Origin: Patescibacteria group bacterium
GTDB lineage: Bacteria; Patescibacteriota; WWE3; UBA101185; UBA10185
NCBI GenBank assembly: GCA_032117075.1
Contig: JAUMAA010000002.1
Coordinates: forward strand, 24,005 to 88,004
Direction: 5' to 3'
Length of the DNA stretch: 64,000 nt
Below are positions 28,656 through 39,383 of the stretch, piece by piece (position 1 is the stretch's first letter; each line of letters begins with the position of its first letter). A model generated the notes under the pieces. That model was given only the letters and a program-made list of their open reading frames with translations, searched no databases and had not been told where the DNA came from. The translations under genes were made by a program, and so were the position numbers.

Positions 28656-30102
28656 AAGGATTCTTTCTTCAAAACTTTCAATCTTCATCTTCATTAATCT
28701 TTTAATATCCGGGTTTCAAATTTTTTTAATCTCTTTTTTCTTTAGTCAAATGAATATTGAAATTCCTTTTTGGTATACATCTAATTGGGGTCTAGAAATG
28801 TTAACTGAAAAAAGAAATATTATTGTTATTCCTTTTATTTCAATAATTATTACTATATTTTCTTCTCTAATTTACTCTCTTTCAAAAAATTTCTATCAAC
28901 AATATTTCGACGATATTATTCTCTATTCTTCTTCATTTTTTAACCTTTTTTTAACTTATTCTCTTTTAAATATAATTAGAAAAACAACCTATACTAATCT
29001 TTTTTTCTTAAACTTTATTCAAACAGAACTTTTAAATTCTTTCTTCGTTACTATGGTCCTTACATTATTCATTACACCTTTAATGATAGGATTATTTAAG
29101 AAAAATGATCTTATCACCGATCCAAAAAAGCATTTCCACCCAGGGATGATACTCAGACATCCTTCAGCGAGAGGAGGAGGTATTGTTTTTGCAATTGCTG
29201 TTGTTACTTCATCTTTTCTATTCGTTAAACTGGATAAAATAACAATCGCAATTCTAATTGCTGTTGTATTATGTGCTTTAATAGGACTTCTTGACGATAT
29301 CTCAAATACAACAAGTAAAAAAGTTTTTAAAGTTTTTGGAAATCCCTTTTTTAGATTGCTAGTTTTACTCCCAATTCCAATTGCTCTTTTAATTTATTCA
29401 GGGGTTACAGTTCAGAATATAGGCAATCCATTTGGAGAGCAAATAAATTTCAATTTCTATCAATTAATTTTTTTTAATCAAATTATTTACCCAATAAGTA
29501 TTATTTTTACATTCCTCTGGATACTCTGGATTATTAATTTATTATCTTGGTCTAATGGAGTTGACGGTCAATACTCTGGAATTATAACAATTGCAGGAAT
29601 AGTTATTTCATTTCTTTCTTTAAGATTTGTAAGTGTTTCTGATCTAGATATTAACAATGCAAAAATTGCAATTATAACTGCGGGAGCAGCCTTGGGGCTG
29701 CTCCCTTATACCTGGAATCCTTCCAAAATCATGTGGGGATTTGGGGCTACCTCAGCGGGAATAGCGCTTGCAGCAATTTCTATTCTGTCATCGACTAAAA
29801 TATCAATCTCTGTTCTAGTTTTATTAATCCCATTTATGGATGCTGTAATTACAATTATTAGAAGAATATTGAATAAACAAAATCCGCTAAAAGGAGATAG
29901 GGGCCATTTACACCATCTATTATTAAACAGAGGTTGGTCTGTAAAGCAAATCGCAGTTTTTTACTGGTTTAGTACTTTAATTCTTGGAATGATAGCTTAC
30001 CTATCAAGCGATAAGGATTTACCTTTAGTACTTCTAACCTGTGCAGGTTTTATAAGTTTTTTTATAATCCTATTGAATTTGAAAATAGATATAAGGAAAT
30101 AG
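28648..30102 (+). CDS. WecA/MraY family polyprenyl-phosphate sugar-1-P transferase with extra N-terminal membrane module
   Basis: GGG, GLLDD, N..DG, D..HLHH motifs; about 130-aa N-terminal extension. Confidence 0.85.
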   Translation: MLKRILSSKLSIFIFINLLISGFQIFLISFFFSQMNIEIPFWYTSNWGLEMLTEKRNIIVIPFISIIITIFSSLIYSLSKNFYQQYFDDIILYSSSFFNLFLTYSLLNIIRKTTYTNLFFLNFIQTELLNSFFVTMVLTLFITPLMIGLFKKNDLITDPKKHFHPGMILRHPSARGGGIVFAIAVVTSSFLFVKLDKITIAILIAVVLCALIGLLDDISNTTSKKVFKVFGNPFFRLLVLLPIPIALLIYSGVTVQNIGNPFGEQINFNFYQLIFFNQIIYPISIIFTFLWILWIINLLSWSNGVDGQYSGIITIAGIVISFLSLRFVSVSDLDINNAKIAIITAGAALGLLPYTWNPSKIMWGFGATSAGIALAAISILSSTKISISVLVLLIPFMDAVITIIRRILNKQNPLKGDRGHLHHLLLNRGWSVKQIAVFYWFSTLILGMIAYLSSDKDLPLVLLTCAGFISFFIILLNLKIDIRK

Positions 30103-30538
30103 CAATCACTAAAATTTGAGTAATAATTCCCCATGGAAGTGGGGCTTGGAATTGCATAGCGCTTTGAGCCCTATTTAATAAATGTAATAAAGGATGTTTT
30201 TTTCCGAGAAATAAATCTAAGGATGAAAAAGCATCAGGGAGTACAGAAAAAATTCCGCATAAAAAAATATTTAAAGCTAATAATGGATTATTTAATTCCC
30301 AGTAGGTATAAGAAGTAAAACCTACACCAACTGCAACGCCTACAGCCATATCTGCCATTACAGCTAGAGGTCTCCAGCCAGTTGTCCTTTCTTCCTTTTT
30401 AGTATTTGAATAAAAATCCCAATGAGGCACTTTATCTCCTAAAAAGTGACCAACAAACGATAAAGGAACTGCAATTAATGGGTTTGGTATTAGAGCTGCT
30501 ATGGCTACTCCAACAAATGTGTGTGGTGTAAGTAACAT
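30062..30538 (-). CDS. Membrane protein, metal-dependent hydrolase-like
   Basis: TPH..VG, HFLGDKVPHWD, LPD motifs. Confidence 0.65.
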   Translation of the reverse strand: MLLTPHTFVGVAIAALIPNPLIAVPLSFVGHFLGDKVPHWDFYSNTKKEERTTGWRPLAVMADMAVGVAVGVGFTSYTYWELNNPLLALNIFLCGIFSVLPDAFSSLDLFLGKKHPLLHLLNRAQSAMQFQAPLPWGIITQILVIAISLYLFSNSIGL

Positions 30539-30575
30539 AAGTCTTATTATATCAAACTGTATTATAATTATTAAA

Positions 30576-31508
30576 ATGATAAATTTCTTCTATCAAATAA
30601 TTAGAACTGCAAGGCCAAGGCAATGGCTTAAGAACTTTGCTTTAGTCACACCTGCAATAATTATGGGAAATATACAAGATCCAATGACTATCACCAAATT
30701 GATAGATGGTTTTATTGCTTTTTGTATGATTTCCTCAGCTGCTTATTTTGTAAACGACATCATAGATGCCCCTAAAGATTTACTACATCCAATAAAAAAG
30801 AATAGACCAATTCCTTCAGGGAAACTAAAAGTATGGGTTGCTTGGTTAGTAGCTATAATTTTAATTATTTCCTCAATTTTTTATTCATTAGTAAACGGTG
30901 GAACATTTTTTACGGCACTTGTGATTGTCTACATTTTAATTCAATTTCTTTATTCAACTTTTATTAGAAATATTATAATTTTAGATTCTCTAACTGTAGC
31001 ATCTGGATTTGTGATTAGAGTTATTGCAGGTGCGGTAATCACAATGATTTCAGTATCATCCTGGTTAATTCTAACAACTATTGCTCTTTCACTTCTCTTA
31101 GCATTTGGTAAAAGAAGAAGTGAAAAAACTCTTCTGTCAGAAACACATGTTGAAGCTGAAACTAGAAAGACTTTAAAAAACTACCCTGATACCTTACTTG
31201 ATTCAATGATTACCATGTCAGCAACTTTCTGTATTGTTGCTTATTCGCTATTTACTTTCCAGGTTAGTCCAGATTTGGCTGTTAACAGTATAAGAAAGTA
31301 TTTACCCGCTGTAATTGATTCACCTAAGTGGTTAATGTTCACAATTCCTTTAGTAATTTATGGGGTAGCAAGATACCTATATGTTATCTATGAAAAGAAA
31401 CAAGGAGAATCCCCTGAAAGGGTGTTGCTTTCTGACTTACCTTTACTAATTACAGTTCTTCTTTGGGGAATTTTGATTCTTTTTCACAACCTTTTTATCA
31501 TCAATTAA
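30576..31508 (+). CDS. UbiA family decaprenyl-phosphate phosphoribosyltransferase-like
   Basis: RPRQWLKN, YFVND..D, HPIKKNRPIPSG, GKRRSE, GESPE; start moved to ATG 30576. Confidence 0.9.
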   Translation: MINFFYQIIRTARPRQWLKNFALVTPAIIMGNIQDPMTITKLIDGFIAFCMISSAAYFVNDIIDAPKDLLHPIKKNRPIPSGKLKVWVAWLVAIILIISSIFYSLVNGGTFFTALVIVYILIQFLYSTFIRNIIILDSLTVASGFVIRVIAGAVITMISVSSWLILTTIALSLLLAFGKRRSEKTLLSETHVEAETRKTLKNYPDTLLDSMITMSATFCIVAYSLFTFQVSPDLAVNSIRKYLPAVIDSPKWLMFTIPLVIYGVARYLYVIYEKKQGESPERVLLSDLPLLITVLLWGILILFHNLFIIN

Positions 31509-31532
31509 AATTTAAATTTAATGAGTTTAAAG

Positions 31533-31709
31533 TTATCTAGATACAGAAGTACCCGCAACTCTTTCTATACCTATGGATCTAAAATTTAGATTAACCACCT
31601 TTAATGTAAAAGTAAGATATACAGGAAGAATAAGTAAAAAGAAAAGAATAAGTAACATAGTAATATCTAAAAAGAATCTTAAAAAGGTATGGTTTTTGGT
31701 TTTAAACAT
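31533..31709 (-). CDS. Small single-TM protein
   Basis: ATG 31709 overlaps upstream gene end; TM followed by ..RVAGTS.. Confidence 0.5.
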   Translation of the reverse strand: MFKTKNHTFLRFFLDITMLLILFFLLILPVYLTFTLKVVNLNFRSIGIERVAGTSVSR

Positions 31710-32232
31710 AAATCTCCTCATCTTCGTTATTACTTTCAATTTCATTTTCAAGATCTAGAACAAAAAAGTAAGTTGAAATTGGGCAGAGAATTGAAGTTAG
31801 TAAAAGAACATAACCATTTACCAATCCTAGAAAAAAGAGAATCATAGAAAGAAATAGAGTTATATATGAATAGATTAACCAGATTAAAGATTGTGAGTAT
31901 AAATGAAATGAATCCTGAATCAGAAAAGAAGCTCTTAGGGTAAACAATCTTAAAGTCGTATTTGGGTGGATATGTGACTTATGAAAATGTATAGATTTTA
32001 GAATAGAGTACATCATTCCCAGAAAACAAAAAATGGCAAAACTAATTAGCAAGTAGGAGTTGATTAAACTGTAAGCTTCTAGAGAAACTTCTAACGAAAA
32101 TACATTGTAAATACTTACGTTATAACCTAAACTAATCCCTAAATACAAAGTTATTAAAACTTTTAAAAAAACGAAAGTAAAGGCAGGTATGATAGATTCT
32201 TCAATCAATTTCAGCAGGATTTTAGAAAACAT
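31702..32232 (-). CDS. Hypothetical 4-TM membrane protein
   Basis: 176 aa hydrophobic ORF. Confidence 0.75.
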   Translation of the reverse strand: MFSKILLKLIEESIIPAFTFVFLKVLITLYLGISLGYNVSIYNVFSLEVSLEAYSLINSYLLISFAIFCFLGMMYSILKSIHFHKSHIHPNTTLRLFTLRASFLIQDSFHLYSQSLIWLIYSYITLFLSMILFFLGLVNGYVLLLTSILCPISTYFFVLDLENEIESNNEDEEIYV

Positions 32233-32250
32233 AATTACTTATATAATAAT

Positions 32251-33723
32251 ATGAAAATCAGAAAAGAAGCAATATTTTTAATTTTTTATTTTTTATTTTC
32301 ATTAGTACCGTTCGTAGCTTTTCAATGGAATCTAGACGGTTACGAGTTTCCAAAATATTTATTTATAATTTTATTTGGATTAATTTGTGGAATTATAATA
32401 TTTTTTAGTGAAAAAATTTTTATACCCAATAAAATTTTTTCACTTTTTGTAATTAGTTTTTTAATTTCAACTATATTTTCAGAAAATTTCTTGTATTCTT
32501 TTTTTGGTGATTACCCGAGATTAAACCATAATTTAATAATAATTTTTTCAATCATATTAATATCAATTGTTTATAAGACATACCTCAGTAACCTAGATAT
32601 CTTTAAAATAATATTTTATCAATCTATTTTTCTAGCTCTAATTACTTTATTTGAGGAAAATCAAAGAGTTTTTGCTACATTTGGACAGCCAAATTTTCTT
32701 GGAATAATTTTAGTTATTGGATTAATCTACTCACTGGAAAACTTATCTAAAAATAGATTTTATCTTTTTGTTAGTATTTTTTTACTTTATGGATTAATTC
32801 AAACAGCATCGATTACCTCTATTTTTTCTTTCTTTATTACCATAATTTACCTTTCTATGGATAAGGGGAGGAAATATTTAAAATATTTCCTCCCCTTGAT
32901 CATCATCTCGATTTTATTTGTTAGCTTAATACCGATTACAAAAAATAAAATATTAGATAATATAAATATCTTATTTCATCAAAATACTAAAATAACTGAC
33001 AGTATCTTAGTAAGAATTAGTATCTGGGAGGACACTTTAAAAATATCTATACAAAGCAATAAGAATTTTCTAATTGGTGTCGGTCCTGATAACTTTTCTT
33101 TAAAGTATGAACATTTTAGAGGTAACAATATCAACACCACCTCTGAATGGGATTCTCTAATAGATAAATCACATAACTACTTTTTGGATATTTTCGTTGA
33201 GCAGGGTATATTTGGATTAATAATTTTAATTTATATATTATTTCTGTTTTTCAAAAAAGATAATAAAGAAAAAATTTATCTCATACCGATAATAATTTAT
33301 TTGTTTTTTAATTGGCCGCATATTTATTTATATTTAATTTTTATTTTAATTCTCAGTAAAGAATTTAATATTGAAATTGAAGTTAAAAAAAATATTTATA
33401 TAAAAATTATTATTATTTTATTTATTTTATCTGTTCTTATTTCCTTATTAATATTTAGATTTGAAGAGCAAGATGAAAATAAAAATTTTTATCGAAGCAG
33501 GAATCCATATATAAAAATTCAAGGAATAGAATATTATCAAAATAAAAAAGAATTACCAAATTACCTAGAATATCTTAAAAAAGAATATCCAAATAATCTT
33601 AAAATTTGGTATGAAATATATAAATCAGAAAGATTTAACAACTTTAAATCTTCTGAAAAAACTAAAAATAAAATTTATGAGCTCAGATCTGATTTAATAG
33701 AATGGAATGAAGTTTTTAAATAA
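32251..33723 (+). CDS. O-antigen ligase/O-OTase (Wzy_C) family membrane protein
   Basis: TFGQPN, R..IW, G.GP.NF, HN..LD...E.G. Confidence 0.85.
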   Translation: MKIRKEAIFLIFYFLFSLVPFVAFQWNLDGYEFPKYLFIILFGLICGIIIFFSEKIFIPNKIFSLFVISFLISTIFSENFLYSFFGDYPRLNHNLIIIFSIILISIVYKTYLSNLDIFKIIFYQSIFLALITLFEENQRVFATFGQPNFLGIILVIGLIYSLENLSKNRFYLFVSIFLLYGLIQTASITSIFSFFITIIYLSMDKGRKYLKYFLPLIIISILFVSLIPITKNKILDNINILFHQNTKITDSILVRISIWEDTLKISIQSNKNFLIGVGPDNFSLKYEHFRGNNINTTSEWDSLIDKSHNYFLDIFVEQGIFGLIILIYILFLFFKKDNKEKIYLIPIIIYLFFNWPHIYLYLIFILILSKEFNIEIEVKKNIYIKIIIILFILSVLISLLIFRFEEQDENKNFYRSRNPYIKIQGIEYYQNKKELPNYLEYLKKEYPNNLKIWYEIYKSERFNNFKSSEKTKNKIYELRSDLIEWNEVFK

Positions 33724-34977
33724 TTATTTTATTTTTGAAAACTCTTTTGAAATATATCCAATTTTTCCATCTTTCATTTTTATTTGAAACCAACCAGTGT
33801 TAGCTTCAGATACTAATTCTAACTCGTCATTCTTTACTACTTTCCCAATCTCAGACCCATTAGGCTCCTGTCTAACCCTTAACCAATCAGCTGTAACTAC
33901 AACATATTTTTTCGAAGTTGAGGATAAAACTTGTGAACTTGGAGATGTCTGTGAGGTAGGATTATTACTTTGAGCTACCTGATTTAAAGAAGTATTATCT
34001 TTTTTTTCTGTTTCATTTTTATTTGATTTTTCCAAAGAATAAAGTGCAGAAATAGTATCAGTATTTTTATTATTTAACACATCTCTATTTATATTTTTAT
34101 GAAGTAAAGCAACTTTTTTTGTAGATAAGTCACCTATAGAATCAAAATCATCAATTTGTCTTAAGTCTTTATCAAATACCCTTCCCTCAGAGTCAATAAA
34201 ATATTCAAAGAAATTTTCCTTTACTATTCCCTGATCCTTTATATTTACCCCTCTTCTTTTTTGATAATAATTTAAATAATCTAACCAATCTTTGGTGTAA
34301 GTGAAAACATCAGGATTTGAAGATTTAATTAAGTAAAGATTATCGTAATCTTCAAATTTAACTATTTCTTCCTCAGAAGGTAAAGGTGGTAGCTTTATAT
34401 CAATATTTGTTTTGTAACCATCTCTAATATTTACAGTAAAGTTAAGATCTTTAAAACCTTCTGAACCTACTTTAAATTTATAACTACCACTTTCTAACTT
34501 ATCCAACTCCTCAGAGTTTAATTCTTTGTCATTTACAAATATTTTGGCATTTCTAGGTTTGACAAAAACTTCAACTTTTTTCTCGTCATAGGTCCCCTCC
34601 CAAATATTTACACCGCTAGAAAGATCCTTATTTATCCCAAGTTCTCGGTAAACAATATTTTCTGAGTTATCAATTATATTCAAATTTGTATTGTAACCAC
34701 TTATCTCACCTTTAATTGACAGATTTAGTAATCCAGATTTTACTTCGATATTTTCTAAGGGTGTTTGTCCAACTAAATTTGAATTTATATAAACCTGAGC
34801 ACCTGCCTCTAGTGTATTTATTGTTAAAAAAGATTTTCTCGATATCCCGAGAATCTCAGGAATCTTCTCTTGGTAGTACGAAATTAAACCAAAGATAGAA
34901 CTAAAAATCACTAACCAAATTATTAGTTTCTTAAAGTTTACCCTTTTTTTTGAAGGCCTGATAGTTGTTATAGACAT
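33724..34977 (-). CDS. PEGA-domain protein with C-terminal SH3b domain
   Basis: Start moved to ATG 34977 (longer ORF crosses tRNA-Cys); TM, GAQVYIN...GQTP, LRVRQEP...W.QI...GYIS. Confidence 0.8.
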   Translation of the reverse strand: MSITTIRPSKKRVNFKKLIIWLVIFSSIFGLISYYQEKIPEILGISRKSFLTINTLEAGAQVYINSNLVGQTPLENIEVKSGLLNLSIKGEISGYNTNLNIIDNSENIVYRELGINKDLSSGVNIWEGTYDEKKVEVFVKPRNAKIFVNDKELNSEELDKLESGSYKFKVGSEGFKDLNFTVNIRDGYKTNIDIKLPPLPSEEEIVKFEDYDNLYLIKSSNPDVFTYTKDWLDYLNYYQKRRGVNIKDQGIVKENFFEYFIDSEGRVFDKDLRQIDDFDSIGDLSTKKVALLHKNINRDVLNNKNTDTISALYSLEKSNKNETEKKDNTSLNQVAQSNNPTSQTSPSSQVLSSTSKKYVVVTADWLRVRQEPNGSEIGKVVKNDELELVSEANTGWFQIKMKDGKIGYISKEFSKIK

Positions 34978-35030
34978 AGGATTTACATTATTATAAACTA
35001 ACCTCTTCAATGTTAAAATACACTCACAAA

Positions 35031-35105
35031 GGCGCAGTGGCGAAGAGGAAACGCAGCAGTCTGCAAAACTGATATGCGAGGGTTCGATTCCCTCCTGCGC
35101 CTCCA
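35031..35105 (+). tRNA. tRNA-Cys(GCA)
   Basis: Acceptor GGCGCAG/CTGCGCC, anticodon loop CT-GCA-AA, T arm GAGGG-TTCGATT-CCCTC, U discriminator, CCA. Confidence 0.96.
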
Positions 35106-35146
35106 AAATAATCAAACACTTAAGTAAATTTGATATATTTAATAAA

Positions 35147-36982
35147 ATGTCAGAAATACCAAAATCTATATCCCCAATTGCAGAAATTAAAGAACAAAAA
35201 TTAAATTTGTCTGAAACCCAAAAAGAAACATTAACCGATTCATTAATGGGGAAGGTTAAAACTGCTATAAAAGAAATCCAAGAGAAAGTCAAAGTAATTA
35301 TAGAAAAACCAAAATTAAAAGGGTTGATTGAAAGTAAAAATTACGCAGAAGTTTTTTCATTAATAGATAGTTACCCAGAAGACGTTAAAAAAATAATCTT
35401 AAAAAAAATATATCCGGGAATAATTACTTTCTCTAATAATAATTCAGACGAAAGCAGAGAAATTGATAGAAAAAATGCCGAATTGTTTATTAAGAATTAT
35501 AAGTATTTTGAAGAATCAGATACTCAAACTTCTCTTGAGGTAAAAGAAAAAAATAGTTACAGCAAACTATTAGCAAATAATTCTGATTTACTTTTAGATA
35601 ACTCCCAATTGTTTCTCACCAAAGAAGATTCGCAAGGTAATAAATCTCTATCACTAGAACGAGCATTATCAGTAATTGATAAAATATTAGAAACAAAAAA
35701 CGTAGGATGTTTTATTCGAAACCTAGATGTAATTTTTGATATAGAAGAGTTAGCCAATAAATCTGGAGATATAAAGTATAAAGTTCTTAAACAAATACAA
35801 AGTATAAAAGAATTAATTCTTAATTCAGATGAAAAAATAATTCAAAATGAATTGAATAACTGTTCGGATAATATCAAAGAACTTTACACAGAAAAACTAG
35901 AAAAAAGGTATTTTAAAAGAGAATATATTGAAAAAGCAATTATAAGGGTAAGAGAGAGAAAAGAAAAAGCTGAAACACAAGAAGATAAGGATAAATATCA
36001 AACTACCGAAGCAGGTTTAGAGTATTTAAAAAATTTTGAAGCAAATGTAAAAGATCACTGTGAAAAAATGTTCGAAAAATATGGAATTTTTGAGGAATCA
36101 ATGAGAAAACATTTAGTAGATAAGATTAATAAATTCATGAAGGAAGATATCGGGGATAGTAATTATATGATTGCAAAACTAGAGATATTAGCGAAAAAAG
36201 AAGGTTTAGAAGTTTTAGAATATATCGCATTTTTACAACAAAAACTTAATGAGATGATTGATCAAATGTGTTTTTATTCATATAAACAAAAAAATGTAAT
36301 AAATCATGTATTTGAAGAGGGAAATGATTCCCCAAGATTTTTATCGCAAATTGAAATTGATGAAAAAGGGATTAAAGTTTTTAAGGGGAGAGCATCTAAT
36401 TCAAGAATTATGAAAGTTATGGAAGAAACTTTATTTGGGAAAGATTTTCATTCTCAAAGCAGGGGAGAAAACAACTGCACATATGGATTTATAAATCATT
36501 CGGAAGCATCAAACTCTAGAGAGGGTGCTAATGCATACAAATCAGAAGAATACGGTTATGGAAAATTTACTTTAAAATTAAAAGACGATGTTAGAGAAAG
36601 AACTACTTTATTTAGTGGTGACTCTAGTCAAGCTGATAGAATTAGATCAGGTAGAGGACAGCTTGTAACTTTTGCAGAATTTCCTCATATATCAGTCTTA
36701 CTATCCACTTCAGAATTTGTAGAAAGTATTAGAAACATAGATGAAATAGATAACTTGAGTTTAGATAGGGATTTTATGCAAAAAAGTTCTATAGCCCCTT
36801 TTGCTTATTTTGAGTGCCAATATCATGGAAAAACAGGATCTAGGGATCAAATTGAAAGTATCATTTATCACGGTACCAATCAAGATGAGCTTGAAGAAAT
36901 TAAGTCACTCCTACAAAATGGAAATGGGCTAGATTCTCCAGAATTAATTAGTGCTGCTGAATATGCAACAAGAAAGAAATAA
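35147..36982 (+). CDS. Helical N-terminus plus DUF3626-like C-terminal domain (putative toxin/effector)
   Basis: F.SQ.E, R...EE.LFG, YG, YG...LKLK..VR.RTT...GDS, YFECQYHG match the recalled DUF3626 motif series. Confidence 0.6.
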   Translation: MSEIPKSISPIAEIKEQKLNLSETQKETLTDSLMGKVKTAIKEIQEKVKVIIEKPKLKGLIESKNYAEVFSLIDSYPEDVKKIILKKIYPGIITFSNNNSDESREIDRKNAELFIKNYKYFEESDTQTSLEVKEKNSYSKLLANNSDLLLDNSQLFLTKEDSQGNKSLSLERALSVIDKILETKNVGCFIRNLDVIFDIEELANKSGDIKYKVLKQIQSIKELILNSDEKIIQNELNNCSDNIKELYTEKLEKRYFKREYIEKAIIRVRERKEKAETQEDKDKYQTTEAGLEYLKNFEANVKDHCEKMFEKYGIFEESMRKHLVDKINKFMKEDIGDSNYMIAKLEILAKKEGLEVLEYIAFLQQKLNEMIDQMCFYSYKQKNVINHVFEEGNDSPRFLSQIEIDEKGIKVFKGRASNSRIMKVMEETLFGKDFHSQSRGENNCTYGFINHSEASNSREGANAYKSEEYGYGKFTLKLKDDVRERTTLFSGDSSQADRIRSGRGQLVTFAEFPHISVLLSTSEFVESIRNIDEIDNLSLDRDFMQKSSIAPFAYFECQYHGKTGSRDQIESIIYHGTNQDELEEIKSLLQNGNGLDSPELISAAEYATRKK

Positions 36983-37291
36983 ATGAAAAATATGTATATA
37001 TACGAAGTTGGTTTAAATCAGAGAAATTTAATTTTAGTTGGTACAACAAAATTACAGGAACTTTCAATTGGAGAAGTAAAATCAACTTACTGTATCAGTA
37101 TTGATTTATTAGAAAAAAATATCTATAAACCTTCCCTTTTAATAACTCAATTGAAATTCGGAGAATGGGATGATTCGTTTTCGGATAAAGAAGAAAAAGA
37201 AATATTAGAAAAGATTTATCTAACATTTTCGGAACAAGAAATCGAGGAGAAAATAATTAAACCTCTATCCTCAGTAGAATCTATAATTTGA
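36983..37291 (+). CDS. Small acidic protein, candidate immunity partner
   Basis: ATG immediately follows the upstream stop; 102 aa, LKFGEW motif. Confidence 0.55.
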   Translation: MKNMYIYEVGLNQRNLILVGTTKLQELSIGEVKSTYCISIDLLEKNIYKPSLLITQLKFGEWDDSFSDKEEKEILEKIYLTFSEQEIEEKIIKPLSSVESII

Positions 37292-37354
37292 CCAAACACG
37301 GTCTTAGTATATAATTTAGTCGAATTCAAATTTATTTATTTTAAAGGAGGAAAT

Positions 37355-37654
37355 ATGAATCTTGATAGTATCAAACCACTGCATGATTATGTATTAATTG
37401 AGCCTATTGAACAGGAAACAACACTTCCTTCAGGGCTAGTATTGACTGAAGCTGCGAAAGAAAAACCACAGAGAGGAATTATCATCGCTGCAGGGTCAGG
37501 AAAAACTAATGAAAACGGGGTGGTCAAAAAACTTGCAGTACAAAAAGGGGACGAGGTTTATTACAAAAAATGGGGAGGAAACGAAATTAAAATTGAAAAT
37601 AAAAATTACCTGCTTATGAGAGAAGAGGATATTATTGCTCTCATTCAAAAGTAA
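37355..37654 (+). CDS. groES: Co-chaperonin GroES
   Basis: KPLHD.V, SGLVL, AKEKPQ.G; SD AAGGAGG; TTGACC-16-TATAAT upstream. Confidence 0.97.
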   Translation: MNLDSIKPLHDYVLIEPIEQETTLPSGLVLTEAAKEKPQRGIIIAAGSGKTNENGVVKKLAVQKGDEVYYKKWGGNEIKIENKNYLLMREEDIIALIQK

Positions 37655-37675
37655 CTAATTCAGAAAGGAAAAATT

Positions 37676-39316
37676 ATGCCAGCAAAACAAATTATTTATG
37701 GTGAAGATGCTAGAAGAAAATTAAAAACAGGGGTAGATAAATTAACAAAAGCAGTAGTTACAACATTAGGACCGAAGGGAAGAAATGTAGGAATAGATAA
37801 ATCTTGGGGAACTCCTCAAGTTATTCACGATGGGGTATCTATTGCAAAAGAAATAGAACTAGAAGATAAATTCGAAAACATGGGAGCACAGTTGGTTAAA
37901 GAAGCTGCTTCTAAAACTAATGATGTTGCAGGAGACGGAACAACAACCTCCACAATGCTTGCTCAGGCAATTATCGAGGAAGGAATGAAAGTCATCTCAA
38001 CAGGATCTAACCCAATGATTATCAGAAAAGGTTTAGAAAAATCAGTCGAGGCTGCCTCAGAAGAAATAAAAAAATTAGCCAAAATGGTTTCTTCAAAAGA
38101 GGAAAAAGCTCAAGTCGCAACAGTTTCTGCACAAAACACAGAAATTGGAAATCTAATTGCTGAAGCAATGGAAAAAGTTGGTAATGACGGTGTTATTACA
38201 GTAGAAGAATCAAGAGGTTTTGAAATGGAATTAAGTTATAAAGAAGGTATGCAATTCGACAAAGGGTACCTCTCTCCTTACTTCATTACAAATCCAGAAA
38301 GAATGGAAGTTATTTTAGAAAATCCATATATCCTAGTAACAGATTCTAAGATATCAAATATTCAAGAACTTCTCCCATTACTAGAGCAATCCATGAAGAT
38401 TACAAAAAACATCGTAATAGTTGCTGAGGATGTCGATGGCGATGCTCTAACAACATTAGTTGTAAACAAACTTAGAGGAACTATTTCTCCTGTAGCAATA
38501 AAAGCTCCTGGATTTGGAGATAGGAGAAAAGAAATGCTTGAGGATATTGCAGTTCTAACTGGAGCAACTGTTATCTCAACCGATACTGGAAAAAAACTTG
38601 AGACAGCCTCATTAGAGGATCTTGGAAGGGCTGAAAAAATTGTTGCATCTAAGGATGAAACAATAATTGTAGGAGGACATGGAAGTAAAGAAGAAGTTAA
38701 AGAAAGAGTTTCATTAATCAAAAAAATGTTCGAAACTTCGGACTCCCAATACGATAAAGAAAAATTACAAGAAAGAATTGCTAAACTCTCAGGGGGTGTT
38801 GCAGTAATATCAGTTGGAGCAAACACAGAGGCAGAACTTAAAGAAAAGAAACTAAGAGTTGAGGATGCTGTAAATGCCACTAAGGCTGCCGTAGAAGAAG
38901 GAATTGTTGCAGGGGGCGGAGTTACCTTACTAAGAATCAGAAAAGCAATTGAGAAACTAAAACTGGAAGGAGAAGAAAAAATAGGAGCTAATATTCTTAT
39001 GCAAGCATTAGAAAAACCTCTTAGAGTAATTGTAGAAAATGCAGGAGAAGATTCAGGAAAAATTCTTTCAAATATTGAGAGATTACACGATGAAAAAAAG
39101 AATCACAACATTGGCTACAATGTAATGAGAATGGATTATACAGATATGATAGAAGACGGTATACTAGATCCTGCAAAAGTTACTAGGAGTGCCTTACAAA
39201 ATGCAGTTTCAGTAGCAATAATGATTCTTACAACAGAGTGCCTAATTACTGATTTACCAAAACCGGATACTCAAACTTCAATGAATGAAGGTATGGGCGG
39301 TATGGGAATGATGTAA
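37676..39316 (+). CDS. groEL: Chaperonin GroEL
   Basis: [31 protein letters not shown] tail. Confidence 0.99.
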   Translation: MPAKQIIYGEDARRKLKTGVDKLTKAVVTTLGPKGRNVGIDKSWGTPQVIHDGVSIAKEIELEDKFENMGAQLVKEAASKTNDVAGDGTTTSTMLAQAIIEEGMKVISTGSNPMIIRKGLEKSVEAASEEIKKLAKMVSSKEEKAQVATVSAQNTEIGNLIAEAMEKVGNDGVITVEESRGFEMELSYKEGMQFDKGYLSPYFITNPERMEVILENPYILVTDSKISNIQELLPLLEQSMKITKNIVIVAEDVDGDALTTLVVNKLRGTISPVAIKAPGFGDRRKEMLEDIAVLTGATVISTDTGKKLETASLEDLGRAEKIVASKDETIIVGGHGSKEEVKERVSLIKKMFETSDSQYDKEKLQERIAKLSGGVAVISVGANTEAELKEKKLRVEDAVNATKAAVEEGIVAGGGVTLLRIRKAIEKLKLEGEEKIGANILMQALEKPLRVIVENAGEDSGKILSNIERLHDEKKNHNIGYNVMRMDYTDMIEDGILDPAKVTRSALQNAVSVAIMILTTECLITDLPKPDTQTSMNEGMGGMGMM

Positions 39317-39338
39317 AGAATTATAATAACTAAATAAT

Positions 39339-39366
39339 ATGGCGGGGGCAGAATTGCCCCCGCCAT
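39339..39366. terminator. Terminator-like hairpin after groEL
   Basis: ATGGCGGGGGCA-GAAT-TGCCCCCGCCAT between convergent genes. Confidence 0.75.
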
Positions 39367-39383
39367 TCATTTACCAAACACTT

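Noticed and set aside
34978-35292. N-terminal 105 aa of ORF 33724..35292
   Set aside because: Runs antisense through tRNA-Cys and the next gene; ATG 34977 gives a normal TM-led start.
37292-37354. CIRCE operator before groES
   Set aside because: No TTAGCACTC-N9-GAGTGCTAA present; the GAGTGC/GCACTC arms at 5347-5373 are in the wrong order and spacing.
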